Shown here piece after piece: positions 17,450 to 27,357 of a DNA stretch of 35,202 bases. The stretch spans positions 1 through 35,202 of the forward strand of contig JBBSAN010000002.1 in assembly GCA_038252265.1 (NCBI GenBank), written 5' to 3'. The position numbers and the translations under genes were made by a program. The stretch is from Chloroflexia bacterium. Lineage in GTDB: Bacteria; Chloroflexota; Chloroflexia; QHBQ01; JAICKM01. Position 1 is the stretch's first letter, and each line of letters begins with the position of its first letter. The notes under the pieces were generated by a model. That model ran no database searches and was not told the DNA's origin. It worked only from the letters and a program-made list of their open reading frames with translations.

Positions 17450-20056
17450 CTAGCGCCGCCGGGTGAGCTGTCCGACCAGTTCGCCAACATGGGACATGCG
17501 GCGCACGATGCGGCGGCGCACCTCGCCCCAGGCCTGGTCCAACTGGCGCTGGTCGGCCACCTCCAGTTTGTGCCGGCCAAACCGCTCGTTGACGTAGGCA
17601 TGGGCGATCGACTTGACATAGGCGCGGCTACCGGGCAACTCCTGGCCCACATCGTCGGCAAACTCGAACGGCGTCTCCGAGGGATGGGGGCGCACCCCGA
17701 TCCACCAGGCGAAGCGCAAGAGCCGCTCGTAATAGGCTGCGGCGGTAGTGGTGACCGTTCCGGCAGCGAGGGACCGCTCGATCTGCCGCCGTCGCACCAG
17801 CCAGAGCAGGCCCAGGCCCCCCACCACGAAGAGCAGGCCGCCACCGGCAGCCGCCCCGCCCCCCGAACCACCCAGGTTCAGGAAGCCCCCCGCGCCGCCG
17901 GGGATCGGCGTCGGCGTATCATCCGGCCCGTCGGTCACATTGTGGTCGTGCGGGCTGGCCCCCAGATCGTCCGGGGTCAGTTGGGCGGCGGTGGGGCTGG
18001 TGTTCGGGTCGGCATCGGTGGACGGGCGGTAGATGACCCCCTGCGACGGCGTTGGCTCGAATTCGATCCAGCCATATTCGGGGAAGTAGACTTCGGGCCA
18101 GGCGTGCGAGGACGCCTCGCGGACCACGTACTCGCCGGAGTCTTTGTCCTGCTCGCCGGGGGCGAAGCCGGTCGCCTCGCGGGCGGGGATGCCGAGCGTG
18201 CGGAGCATCACCACCATCGCCGTGGAGTAGTATTCGCAGAAGCCGGTCTTGTTATCGAACAGGAAGTAATCCACATAGTCCGTGCCGGGCGGCGGGCGGG
18301 TCACGTGGGTATCATACTTGTAGTTGGCCCGCAGATAGCTCTCGATAACCTTCGCCTTGTCATAGGGGGTGGTCGCCCCCGCGTCGGTGACCAGCTGGCG
18401 GGCCAGGTCGGCAATGCGGGCCGGTTGGTGAGCGGGCAGTTGCAGATAGCGCTTGCGTACCCAGTCGGGATAATCGGTCGGGGCGGCGCGCAGGCGCTCT
18501 TCCGACGCCGTGCTGACATCGGCCACCAGGGTGTATTGCGCCCCGCGCTCGATCGGGTTCTGGCTGTAGACCGCGGTAATGTCGTCATACTGCGGGAACA
18601 GGCCCTTGGCCCGCACCTGGAACACCCGGTCATCTTCGAGGCTATAGTTTACATCAATACCCCGATCGCGCAAGCCCGATACGACCGTGTTGACCTCGGG
18701 ATCCTCGTGCCCGGCGATCTGCAAGAGCCGGGTGTCGCTAGGGGGTTGCCCGGCGGTGGGGGTCTGCGTCGCCGTGCGGCGCACGTCGGCCAGCAGGCTC
18801 AACAGCGGGCGCAACTCCAGCGGGGCCGTGTTCGGATCGTCGCCCGGCACATTCACCGTTACGTCGCGCTCTTCCCACGACACATCGAGGCGCGTCGCCA
18901 GGTTCGATTCGACCGGGCGCATCGGCGCGAAGAGGTTGAAGCCCTGGTCATTGCGCTTGGGCTGGACCACGGTGAAGGTCATAGTGATCGGGCGACGGGC
19001 CAGATCCGCCGAAAAGAGCGGCTGGTTGGCGTCGAGCGAGAGCTTGGAGGAGACGTTCCGTCCCTGGAGATTCGCATCGTTCGTCTGGCCCCAGCCAAAG
19101 CCGTTCCACTGGTCCTGGGTGATCACGCGCCAGCGCAGGGGGGTGTCCGACTTCACGCGCAGCACAATCGCATCGCCCAGGTTGAGCGAACTGCCCAGCG
19201 CCCAACTGGTATTAAAGCTGCTGTAGCCGAAGTTGCCGCCCCCGTTCACCCCGGAAAAGGCGCGGCTGAAGCGCGACTGCAAGTCGATCCAGGGGCCGTT
19301 GACCTGCTCCCAGGCGGCATTAAAGGTGCTGTTGACCGCTTGCGGGGGGACAAACCACATCGAGACGGCGACAAACCCGGCGAACAGGCTGCCCACCCAG
19401 AGGAAGCTCCAGCGCAGGCTGGGGGAATAGTTGACCCGTTCCCGGTCCCAGCGCTCCTCGTGCAGCAGCATATTAAAGCGCACCATCAACAGCAGGGCGG
19501 TGATCAGGTAGAGGATGAAAAAGAGGTTCAGGCCCTGCGTGCTGGCATAGGACAGGTTCACCGCCAGGGCGATGCCGTTGGGGATCAGCGCCCACCACAA
19601 CCAGCGGGAGCGGAAGAGGAACCAGGCGCTGCAATAGGCGAGCAAGAAGGAGAGCGCGGCAATGGAGAGGACGAACATCCAGATGTCGTCGCTGACATCG
19701 CCGTTGGCGACCGCCGTAAACCAGTTGACCATCTTGCCCAGCAGGTCCTGCGTTTTGTCCTGGATCGTCGGCAGGTCGGGGCTATCGATCAGGTTGGCCG
19801 TCAGCCACAACACGGTCAGCACGCCCATCGCCAGGCCGGTGGCGTGCAAGAGCAAGCGGGGCACCCCGCGCACCTTGCACAGGACCAGCCCGGTGACCAG
19901 CCCACTCAACGTCACCAGCGAGAGGATGCGCAGACCTTCGGCCCACTCGGCGCGCTGCACCGACCAGGTAACACTGAACAACATCAACGCCAGCAGGCCG
20001 ACCATCAGCCAGCCTTCTCGCAGACGCAACCATCCGGCTACACGTTCCATAAGCAT
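17450..20056 (-). CDS. Multi-pass membrane transglutaminase-like protein (TgpA/DUF3488 + TGase core + DUF4129)
   Basis: N-terminal TM bundle, GFCEYYSTAMVVMLRTLGIPAR, SHAWPEVYF, GWIEFEPTP, C-terminal ETPFEFA. Confidence 0.92.
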   Translation of the reverse strand: MLMERVAGWLRLREGWLMVGLLALMLFSVTWSVQRAEWAEGLRILSLVTLSGLVTGLVLCKVRGVPRLLLHATGLAMGVLTVLWLTANLIDSPDLPTIQDKTQDLLGKMVNWFTAVANGDVSDDIWMFVLSIAALSFLLAYCSAWFLFRSRWLWWALIPNGIALAVNLSYASTQGLNLFFILYLITALLLMVRFNMLLHEERWDRERVNYSPSLRWSFLWVGSLFAGFVAVSMWFVPPQAVNSTFNAAWEQVNGPWIDLQSRFSRAFSGVNGGGNFGYSSFNTSWALGSSLNLGDAIVLRVKSDTPLRWRVITQDQWNGFGWGQTNDANLQGRNVSSKLSLDANQPLFSADLARRPITMTFTVVQPKRNDQGFNLFAPMRPVESNLATRLDVSWEERDVTVNVPGDDPNTAPLELRPLLSLLADVRRTATQTPTAGQPPSDTRLLQIAGHEDPEVNTVVSGLRDRGIDVNYSLEDDRVFQVRAKGLFPQYDDITAVYSQNPIERGAQYTLVADVSTASEERLRAAPTDYPDWVRKRYLQLPAHQPARIADLARQLVTDAGATTPYDKAKVIESYLRANYKYDTHVTRPPPGTDYVDYFLFDNKTGFCEYYSTAMVVMLRTLGIPAREATGFAPGEQDKDSGEYVVREASSHAWPEVYFPEYGWIEFEPTPSQGVIYRPSTDADPNTSPTAAQLTPDDLGASPHDHNVTDGPDDTPTPIPGGAGGFLNLGGSGGGAAAGGGLLFVVGGLGLLWLVRRRQIERSLAAGTVTTTAAAYYERLLRFAWWIGVRPHPSETPFEFADDVGQELPGSRAYVKSIAHAYVNERFGRHKLEVADQRQLDQAWGEVRRRIVRRMSHVGELVGQLTRRR

Positions 20057-20064
20057 CAGTTTCT

Positions 20065-20099
20065 AGTGAGGCGCGAGTGACGCGTGATCCGTGATCAGT
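20065..20099. repeat. Short degenerate 7-bp repeat tract (CGTGATC-like) at PrsW stop
   Basis: agtgaggc gcg agtgacg cgtgatc cgtgatc agt. Confidence 0.55.
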
Positions 20100-21465
20100 A
20101 GTCGGCTCGCGCGGGGGAGGCGTTGGCAGAAAGATAGGGTGGTAGGTCGGTGCGGCTGTGCGCTGGAACCGTGGCCCGTGCCAGGCGCATGGGGATCATA
20201 ATCAAGAGCAGGGCCGTCACCACGGTCAGGCCGATGTTCCAGGCGAGTACCGCCCAACCGGCCAAATTGCCCGCCGCAATGAGGGCAAAAGGATCTCCGC
20301 TCCCTGCATAGTCTACCGTGAATTTGATTATAACAACCTGGGAAGCATTCCACAAGCCGTGCAGGGCCATTGCCGCCAGCGCCAGCCCCAGCAAGCGGCG
20401 GCGATCCTTGCGGCGTAGGGCATAATACCAGCCCAGCCCGACCAGACCGCTCGCCAGCGCGTGCATCAGGATCGTGCCAAAGCGCAAGGTGGCGGTGCTC
20501 CACCAGTCGTCGAGCGTGTTCACATTATAGAAGACGTTCTCCAACATGCCGAACCCGGCCCCCGCCGCCGCGCCGTAGAGGAATCCGTCGCGGGGGCTAC
20601 CCAGCCGCCGCCCCAGGATCGCCACCGCCAGCGACTTGGCGCTTTCTTCGATCAGCGGCACGACCACCCCCACGGCGGCGATCATCGCCAGCACCACCAG
20701 GGGGTTGTTGAGTTGCGCCTGCAAGTCGGCGGCCCCCTCGCCATTGCCCAGCGTGTCGGGGTTCTGCAAGGCGGTCAACCATTGATCAAGCTGGCCGCCC
20801 TGCCCGGTCACGCCCAGGAACAGCGCCACGAGGGCGACCGCGGCGACTGCGGCCCCGATCTCCAGGATCATTGCCAGGGCGGCCCCGCCGGTCAGGCCCC
20901 AGCCCAGCGCACTGAGCAACCGCCGCCAGGTGGGCGGCCCCAGCACGGCCTGCCGCAACGGTTCGCCGTAGGGGTCGGTGCGGCTGTCTCGCCCGGCCAG
21001 GCCTCCGGCGGTAGTCGGGAGCAGGCGCACCGTCGCCATTCGCCCGGCCCGCTCCACCACACCAAGAGCGACCACCGCAGGCAACAGGACGGCCAGCAAC
21101 TGGACCAGCGGGAACAGATAGCCCTGCACGGTGTGCGGCAGGCGCAGGACGGTCAGCCCTCCCCCGATCACCAGGGGAAAGAGCACCAGCGCTCCCAGCA
21201 GGATCGGGCGCGACACGCGGAAGGGGATCGACCGGCGATCCTGCCAGCCCCGGCGAACATGCCAGAGCAGCCCGCCGCCCAGCCCCAGGCCGAGGATGCC
21301 CAGGACGCCCAGCTCCGCCGCCGCGATCACGTCGTCGCCGGACGCAGCCATGCCCCGGCCTTGCTCAAAGAGCGGCCAGAGGGTATAGAGCAGAAACGAC
21401 AGGCCACCCCCCGCCACAAAGAGCAGCGCGGCCAGCCCGGTCAGGAAGAGCAGTGGTCGATTCAT
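20095..21465 (-). CDS. PrsW family intramembrane glutamic/metalloprotease
   Basis: Multi-TM; PLIEESAK, GAAAGAGFGMLEN, LMH, LHGLWN motifs. Confidence 0.88.
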   Translation of the reverse strand: MNRPLLFLTGLAALLFVAGGGLSFLLYTLWPLFEQGRGMAASGDDVIAAAELGVLGILGLGLGGGLLWHVRRGWQDRRSIPFRVSRPILLGALVLFPLVIGGGLTVLRLPHTVQGYLFPLVQLLAVLLPAVVALGVVERAGRMATVRLLPTTAGGLAGRDSRTDPYGEPLRQAVLGPPTWRRLLSALGWGLTGGAALAMILEIGAAVAAVALVALFLGVTGQGGQLDQWLTALQNPDTLGNGEGAADLQAQLNNPLVVLAMIAAVGVVVPLIEESAKSLAVAILGRRLGSPRDGFLYGAAAGAGFGMLENVFYNVNTLDDWWSTATLRFGTILMHALASGLVGLGWYYALRRKDRRRLLGLALAAMALHGLWNASQVVIIKFTVDYAGSGDPFALIAAGNLAGWAVLAWNIGLTVVTALLLIMIPMRLARATVPAHSRTDLPPYLSANASPARADY

Positions 21466-21598
21466 ACCGGCCTATCGCTCCCCGCCCGCCAGATCGGGGA
21501 GCCGAACAATTGTCACACATCTAATATACGGCGGAGGGCAACAAATAGTTCCTCTCTGCCGGGGGGATTCACCAGGGTTGGGAGAACGCTGGGGGCGA

Positions 21599-22942
21599 TC
21601 AGCGCATGGGGCGCGGGCCGAAGCGGGGCGCGTGGAGGGCCAGATCGAGGGCATCATCGCGCTTGACGAGGTAACTCCGCACGTCGAGCGCAGCCAGCGC
21701 GCCGATCACCAGCATCGAATTACTCGCGCCGCCAAAGCTGCTCGGCTCGATCAGGACTGCTGCGGTTTGCACGCCTCGGTGCTTCAGGTGCGCCAATGGC
21801 CCCACCCAGACATCGCTGGCCGACGGTGTCACGACGATCAGAGTATCACTGCGGGTAAAGTGGGCACTTTCTGCCGCCAGGAGTTCGGCCAGGGGCGCGT
21901 GCTCGTCGGCGCGCACCACCGCCAGATCGCGCAGGATCTTGATCAATTGCCGCCCGCCCCGATCGGGGGCTACGACCAGGGGATGGCTGCCGGAGGCAAT
22001 CAGCCCCACGGCGCGGTCCTGGCGCAAGAAGTAGGCGGCCACCGATGCGGCCACGGTGACGGCATATTCTTCGGTCGAGGGGTCCAGGCGCACGGGCGGG
22101 CCGTCGTCCTCTTCAGTCCGCCCCCCCGCCGAGCGGGCACCCCCCCGTTGCGGGCCGTCCAGCAGGGTGGTCCGGCGCAGCGGCGGCGCACTGTTCGGAT
22201 CGGCCAGGGCGCGGGGCACCGTCAGGTGAACCTGGCGATCCAGGTCGAGCACCACCCACACATCCACCGTGGGATCTAGCTCGAATTCCTTGACGGTCAG
22301 CGCCTGACGGCGGGCCGTCGCGGGCCAGTGAATGCGGTTGTAGGGGTCGCCCGGCACATAGTCGCGCAGGCCCGCCGCATTGGGGGTCAGCGATTGGGAG
22401 CGGCGCTGGAGTTGTGCCCCGCCGGGCAGGTCGCTGGCGGGCACCCCGAACGCATCGAGCGCGACCAGGGCGGGGAAAACCAACAGTTCGGCCATATCGG
22501 GCACTGTGCGCCAGCTACGGAACAGCCCGAACGGGTCGCCCGACGCGACGGTGAGCGGTCCCAGGGCATAGCGGCCCCGGCGGCGACAGACCGTCCGCAC
22601 GCGCCAGCGCTTGGCCTTGCCCGACCGCAAACCCACCACGGCGGCGGCCTGGTGACCGGGCAGCGTCGAGTGGTCGCGCACCTCCAGCCACAACTTGGGC
22701 CAGAAGCTGCGATTGCGCACGGTGAACACCTCTTCAAAGGTGTCGCCCATCTGCACCTGATGCTGCCGCGCCTCGCGCCGCACGTCCAACGCCATCAGGT
22801 TGATGCGCGCCCAGATCCAGGAGCCGATCAGCACCGCCGTCATCACGTAGGCCAGGTAAAAGAGGAGGCGGACGTTGAACGTCCAGGCCCCCAGGTACAT
22901 GCCCACGGTGAACAGCAGCAGCCGGAATGCGTTCGTGTTCAT
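21599..22942 (-). CDS. DUF58 domain protein
   Basis: RRRGRY, SGDPFGLF, LRDYVPGDPYNRIHWPATAR, VKEFE. Confidence 0.9.
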   Translation of the reverse strand: MNTNAFRLLLFTVGMYLGAWTFNVRLLFYLAYVMTAVLIGSWIWARINLMALDVRREARQHQVQMGDTFEEVFTVRNRSFWPKLWLEVRDHSTLPGHQAAAVVGLRSGKAKRWRVRTVCRRRGRYALGPLTVASGDPFGLFRSWRTVPDMAELLVFPALVALDAFGVPASDLPGGAQLQRRSQSLTPNAAGLRDYVPGDPYNRIHWPATARRQALTVKEFELDPTVDVWVVLDLDRQVHLTVPRALADPNSAPPLRRTTLLDGPQRGGARSAGGRTEEDDGPPVRLDPSTEEYAVTVAASVAAYFLRQDRAVGLIASGSHPLVVAPDRGGRQLIKILRDLAVVRADEHAPLAELLAAESAHFTRSDTLIVVTPSASDVWVGPLAHLKHRGVQTAAVLIEPSSFGGASNSMLVIGALAALDVRSYLVKRDDALDLALHAPRFGPRPMR

Positions 22943-22955
22943 AGTGTCTCGAAAC

Positions 22956-23044
22956 CAGTGGTCAGTGGTCAGTGGTCAGTGGTCAGAGGGTAGCCATGAA
23001 ATAATCACTGATCACTGATCACTGACCACTGACCACTGACCACT
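22956..23044. repeat. Inverted 7-bp repeat arms (CAGTGGT ... CTGAYCA)
   Basis: (cagtggt)x4 cag, spacer, then ctgatca x2 and ctgacca x3. Confidence 0.92.
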
Positions 23045-23050
23045 CGTTCC

Positions 23051-24013
23051 CTACCGCGCCGCCGGGGCGCTCATGCGGCCCCCCGGCACGGGCACCCGCG
23101 CCAGGATATCCCCGATGATCAGCCGCGAGTCGGTGTTCTTGATCCGCGCCGACGGGCTGACGATGATGCGGTGGGCCAGGGTGATCTCGGCCAGGGCTTT
23201 CACGTCGTCGGGGATGACAAAGTCGCGGCCTTCCATTGCGGCGCGGGCCTGGGACGAGCGATAGAGGCCGAGCGAACCGCGCGGGCTGGCCCCCAGGTAG
23301 ACTTCGTCGTGGTGGCGGGTCTCTTCGACCACGTTGACGATGTATTCCTTGATCAGCCGGTCCACATAGATATTCTTGATTGCCTGCTGGGCCGCGATCA
23401 GGTCGCGGGATTCCACCACCTGGGTCAGGCTCTCCAGCGGGTGACTTTGCTGCTGGCGCTCCAGGATGTCGATCTCGTCGGCCTTGGTCGGATAGCCCAG
23501 GGAGATGCGCATCAGGAAGCGATCCAGTTGCGCTTCGGGCAGCGGGAAGGTGCCTTCGTATTCGATCGGGTTTTGCGTCGCCAGCACGATGAACGGATCG
23601 GGCAGGGTATAGGTCACCCCGTCCACCGTCACCTGGCGCTCTTCCATCGCTTCCAGCAATGCGGACTGGGTCTTGGGGGTGGCGCGGTTGATCTCGTCGG
23701 TAAGGACGATCTGGGCCATGACCGGGCCGGGACGATATTCAAACTCGCCGGTCTTCTGGTTATAGACCGACACGCCGGTCACGTCGGTTGGCAACAGGTC
23801 AGGGGTAAACTGGATCCGTTTGAACGAGCAGCCGAGCGAACGCGCAATCGCCTTCGCCAGCATCGTCTTGCCCACCCCCGGCACATCTTCGATCAAAATA
23901 TGGCCCCGGCAGAGCAACGCGAGCAAGGTCAATTGCACCTCCTGGTGCTTGCCGACAATGACCTTCTCCACGTTCCGCACGACCCGTTCGCCAATACTGC
24001 GCACATCGACCAT
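23051..24013 (-). CDS. moxR: MoxR family AAA+ ATPase
   Basis: [68 protein letters not shown]; ATG 24013 with AGAGGAG SD. Confidence 0.95.
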   Translation of the reverse strand: MVDVRSIGERVVRNVEKVIVGKHQEVQLTLLALLCRGHILIEDVPGVGKTMLAKAIARSLGCSFKRIQFTPDLLPTDVTGVSVYNQKTGEFEYRPGPVMAQIVLTDEINRATPKTQSALLEAMEERQVTVDGVTYTLPDPFIVLATQNPIEYEGTFPLPEAQLDRFLMRISLGYPTKADEIDILERQQQSHPLESLTQVVESRDLIAAQQAIKNIYVDRLIKEYIVNVVEETRHHDEVYLGASPRGSLGLYRSSQARAAMEGRDFVIPDDVKALAEITLAHRIIVSPSARIKNTDSRLIIGDILARVPVPGGRMSAPAAR

Positions 24014-24117
24014 GAACAAATCTCCTCTAAGTCCCACTGCGGCTCCCGGGCCGCCCTAAAAATCAGCGGTAGAAGCGCCGCGCCCGGCACGAGGCCGGGC
24101 AGCAGCGTTAATATACA

Positions 24118-24126
24118 ATTATACCA
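24118..24126 (-). promoter_or_regulatory. Extended -10 promoter for moxR operon
   Basis: Minus strand TGGTATAAT. Confidence 0.55.
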
Positions 24127-24174
24127 TACCCTGCCAGGTTACAGGCAAGTTCAACAAGCTGAAATATTCCGCCG

Positions 24175-24924
24175 CTAGCGCACTGTCGCGCCTGCATAGG
24201 GAGTCCCGCCAGTGTCGGGGACGCCGGTCCATACCGCTGACTGGTTGGGCGAGATGCTTTGCGGCGGCACGAGGGTGCTGGAGTTTTCCTTCTCCGTCAC
24301 CGGGGCACTGCTGCTCTCCACCGGGGCATCGGGCGGCGGATAAACCGGATGCACGACGGCATCCTGGCGCACTGCGATCGTCGCCCGCCGCGGACGCACC
24401 CGCAGCTCTTCGAAGCGTAGATCCTCCTGGCTGGTGTCTACTTCCAGCGGATCCAGCCGGCGCTCGACAATCGTGAGGGCATCATACGGGGCACGCACGC
24501 CCGAGGAGCCAGGCGTGGGGCCGTCGGCAGGGCTGAGCGTGCTCAGGGTGCCGTGGGCCAGCATGATCAACAGCAAGGCCGCGGCGCTCACGGAAGACAG
24601 CCGGGCCGACATCGCGGGGGCCGCCGTCATAAAGCTGCGCCACCAGAGGACCAGGCGGGAAGGCGGCGGCAGGACCGGGCGCACCGGGCGGGGGGTGGTG
24701 CCGACCCGCGCCTGCAACCGGGTCCAGACTTCGTCGGACGGCTGGGCGCTACCCGAGTCGCTACGTAAGACGTAGCGCGCCAGGGTTTCGGCCTGTTGAT
24801 CGGCCATGGCACGGCGTAATTTACGGCGGGCGGAGGTGTCTGACATCGCGGTAACTCTCCCGACCAGACACCCCATTGTGCCCTGGGTCTTATTTCTATA
24901 TAGACGTTTATATAGACGTTTCAT
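24175..24924 (-). CDS. Single-pass membrane protein, putative anti-sigma factor (start uncertain)
   Basis: Immediately downstream of the ECF sigma; PSDEVWTRLQARV resembles anti-sigma helix motifs; one hydrophobic segment, then a Pro/Ser-rich tail. Start could be 24924 or 24846. Confidence 0.5.
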   Translation of the reverse strand: MKRLYKRLYRNKTQGTMGCLVGRVTAMSDTSARRKLRRAMADQQAETLARYVLRSDSGSAQPSDEVWTRLQARVGTTPRPVRPVLPPPSRLVLWWRSFMTAAPAMSARLSSVSAAALLLIMLAHGTLSTLSPADGPTPGSSGVRAPYDALTIVERRLDPLEVDTSQEDLRFEELRVRPRRATIAVRQDAVVHPVYPPPDAPVESSSAPVTEKENSSTLVPPQSISPNQSAVWTGVPDTGGTPYAGATVR

Positions 24925-25582
24925 ATGCGCTATCGTTACGAACCAGGCGAGCGAGATCGACGGTCGCATCTTGCTCGGCTCGGTAGCGGGCCTCCAGCCC
25001 TTCTTTGAGCACCTTGCGGGCGTAGTGCAGGCGTGATTTCACGGTGCCCACAGGACAGTTCAACATCTGAGCGATTTCCGGCAGCGAAAAGTCTTGCATG
25101 TAGTGCAGCACGACGACGACGCGGTGCTTCACCGGGAGCGCCTCGATCAGGGTGCGAATGACGCTCTGCAAGTCGCGCTGCTCGGCCACATGTTCGGGCG
25201 AATGATGCGGGTCGCTGAAGAGCCGTTCGGCCAGGTTTTCCAGCGGTTCCAGCCAGAAGCGGCGCTTCTTCAGCGCGTTACAACTCAGGTTCACCGCCAC
25301 CCGGTGCAGCCAGGGTGACAACGGGGTGTCGCCGTGGATGCGGTGGATGTTCAGGTAGGTCTTGTAGAAGCAGTCCTGCAAGACTTCCTCGGCGATGCCC
25401 GAGTCACGGGTGATCGCCAGGGCAGTGCGATAGATGACATTCTTGTACTTGTGGAACAGGGCCTCAAAGGCGGCCATGTCACCGGCCTGCACCCGTTGCA
25501 CCAATACCATATCCTCGCACACAGGCACAGCAGGGGAAGGTCCGGTCTCCGGGACGTCGAACAAGGCGTCGGCGGCGAGCAT
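24908..25582 (-). CDS. ECF RNA polymerase sigma factor
   Basis: DMVLVQRVQAGDMAAFEALF, AEEVLQDCF, WLHRVAVN, EIAQMLNCPVGTVKSRLHYAR; ATG 25582 with AGGAG SD. Confidence 0.93.
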   Translation of the reverse strand: MLAADALFDVPETGPSPAVPVCEDMVLVQRVQAGDMAAFEALFHKYKNVIYRTALAITRDSGIAEEVLQDCFYKTYLNIHRIHGDTPLSPWLHRVAVNLSCNALKKRRFWLEPLENLAERLFSDPHHSPEHVAEQRDLQSVIRTLIEALPVKHRVVVVLHYMQDFSLPEIAQMLNCPVGTVKSRLHYARKVLKEGLEARYRAEQDATVDLARLVRNDSAYETSI

Positions 25583-25840
25583 AGCCGGTCTCCTCTCGCG
25601 GGGCACAGCCATCCGCTGGGACAGGTCCTGGCGCGGCCCCTCCGCCCCCGGCACGGCTACCGGGTGAGACGCGGGGGATGGCAGATGACCTGTCGAGTCT
25701 GCCATAGCCGGATCGATGTGAGCGAGGGGTTGGTGTTGCCAGGATATAAGCATTACGGTCCTCGTTATTCTAGAACACAGCGCCAACCCGTGTTCGGTTC
25801 AATTCTTGAGGATATTGGGGACGCGGATGCTGCAACGTTG

Positions 25841-25849
25841 ATTATACCA
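25841..25849 (-). promoter_or_regulatory. Extended -10 promoter upstream of ECF sigma
   Basis: Minus strand ATGCAA-N17-TATAAT with TG extension; implies a leader of about 250 nt. Confidence 0.5.
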
Positions 25850-26027
25850 TACGGCCTCGGCCATTGCATCCAAACAAGCGTGCGCGTGCATCAAACAAAA
25901 TGGCGGAACCATGCTTGCGCATGAAACTATCCGTATGTTAAATACTTAGACGAAAGGTGACTTATAATTCTTTAGCGGGATATAAGAGCAACCGGCTATT
26001 TGGATGGTTTCGAGATTTCTCACCGCC

Positions 26028-26600
26028 CTACCCGCCCGGCTGGCGCATGGGCGATTCGGTGGCGGGTGGGCGGGCGACGGGGGACGGGGTGGGCAGGGTG
26101 CCGGTGGGGCGGGCTTCGGGACGGGCACCGGGGGCCTGGGGCCGTCCACAGTAGGGACAGGCTACCCAGCGCAGGCTCACCGGCTGGCCGCAGCCTTCGC
26201 ACTCGCGGCGCAGGCGGGTGCGACAATGGGGGCAAAAGAGGAAATCAGGCTGGACCCGGCGCTTGCAGGCGCGGCAGACCTCGGCGTCCTCGATGTCCTG
26301 CAACAGGTATTCTTCTTCGAGCGAGCGCTCATACGACTCGGCCAGGGTCTCACGCGGGCGCAGCATCAGGTAGACCAATAAGCCCGGCACGTTGAACACG
26401 GCGACCAGCACTGTCGCCAGCACGATAGCGATCAGGTCGCGGGTACGGGCGCTGATGTCGCGGAACGTCCAGATGACCAGGGCCAGGGTGAAGGCGACGA
26501 AGTAGGCCCCCAGGCACGACAAGGCGAACTGCACGGCAGGCAGCAGCGGGCTGAGGTCGGGAAGGGGAATCTGGGGAGCGACAGGGCTGGCGATGGGCAT
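26028..26600 (-). CDS. Membrane protein with C-terminal double zinc ribbon
   Basis: Two TM segments (WTFRDI...LLVYLMLRPRETL), then CRAC, CPHC, CEGC, CPYC; start at ATG 26600 assumed. Confidence 0.85.
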   Translation of the reverse strand: MPIASPVAPQIPLPDLSPLLPAVQFALSCLGAYFVAFTLALVIWTFRDISARTRDLIAIVLATVLVAVFNVPGLLVYLMLRPRETLAESYERSLEEEYLLQDIEDAEVCRACKRRVQPDFLFCPHCRTRLRRECEGCGQPVSLRWVACPYCGRPQAPGARPEARPTGTLPTPSPVARPPATESPMRQPGG

Positions 26601-26629
26601 GAACAGAAGGCTCCAGAACCGGGCGAGGA

Positions 26630-26923
26630 TCAGGAAGAGGCGTCGAACCGGAACTCGGTCAGCTCGGCAGCCGGATCGGGGACAGGCGGGCCGATCAGCA
26701 GGGGTGCCCCAACCCCCAGGCGTTGGGCGATCTCTTTGCGCTTGATCATGGTGCGATAGTGGTAGCACTGCTTGTAGGCGGTGTCGCTGAAGCAGACACT
26801 CGGCAGCGGCAGATCGTCCGGGTCCTCGTTGCGCTCATAGGGCACTGCCGCGCAGATGCGAACGGTCACACGCTCGCCGCTTGCGGTGTAACGGGTCGCC
26901 AGGCCAGCGAATGGACAACTCAT
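26630..26923 (-). CDS. Small Cys4 hypothetical protein (putative metal-binding)
   Basis: 97 aa, GAGAGGAG SD, fills the gap co-directionally; pattern CPF...IC...VC...YKQCYHY. Confidence 0.65.
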   Translation of the reverse strand: MSCPFAGLATRYTASGERVTVRICAAVPYERNEDPDDLPLPSVCFSDTAYKQCYHYRTMIKRKEIAQRLGVGAPLLIGPPVPDPAAELTEFRFDASS

Positions 26924-27017
26924 TACTAGCTCCTCTCGTCGGGTGCCACAACACGGGTCGTCGCAACAGCCCGCCCCTATGCGGTGTCACGTTCCCCCTG
27001 CCCCGGTTGTGGCCGGG

Positions 27018-27347
27018 TTATAACGGCTCGAACCGTTCCACGTTCAGGACCCAGACGGTCGCCCCGCCAACCTGTACCTCCACCGGTTGCGACAGGTACA
27101 TGTCGCCCGGCCCCATAGCCGGCGTATAGGGGCTGATAAAATCGACCCGGGTATGGCAGGTAGCCGTAATAACCCGCCAGAGTTCGTCCAGGCGCGCATC
27201 ATCGCAACCGATCATCAGCGTCGCGTTGCGCTCCCGCAGGAAGCCGCCGACACTGTCGATGACCGTCAGGCGAAATTTCGCTGCCGTCAACGCCCGCATC
27301 AGCGCGTCCACATCTTCCCCTTGAACCACGGCGAAAATCAGCTTCAT
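27018..27347 (-). CDS. darA: PII-like cyclic-di-AMP receptor (DarA/PstA/YaaQ, DUF970)
   Basis: 109 aa from MKLIFAVVQ; SVGGFLRERNATLMIG, CHTR, VEVQVGGATVWVLNVERF. Confidence 0.88.
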   Translation of the reverse strand: MKLIFAVVQGEDVDALMRALTAAKFRLTVIDSVGGFLRERNATLMIGCDDARLDELWRVITATCHTRVDFISPYTPAMGPGDMYLSQPVEVQVGGATVWVLNVERFEPL

Positions 27348-27357
27348 ATTGAGACGT

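Noticed and set aside
17489-20080. 863-aa ORF on + strand
   Set aside because: Antisense shadow of the transglutaminase gene, expected in high-GC DNA; no recognisable motifs or SD.
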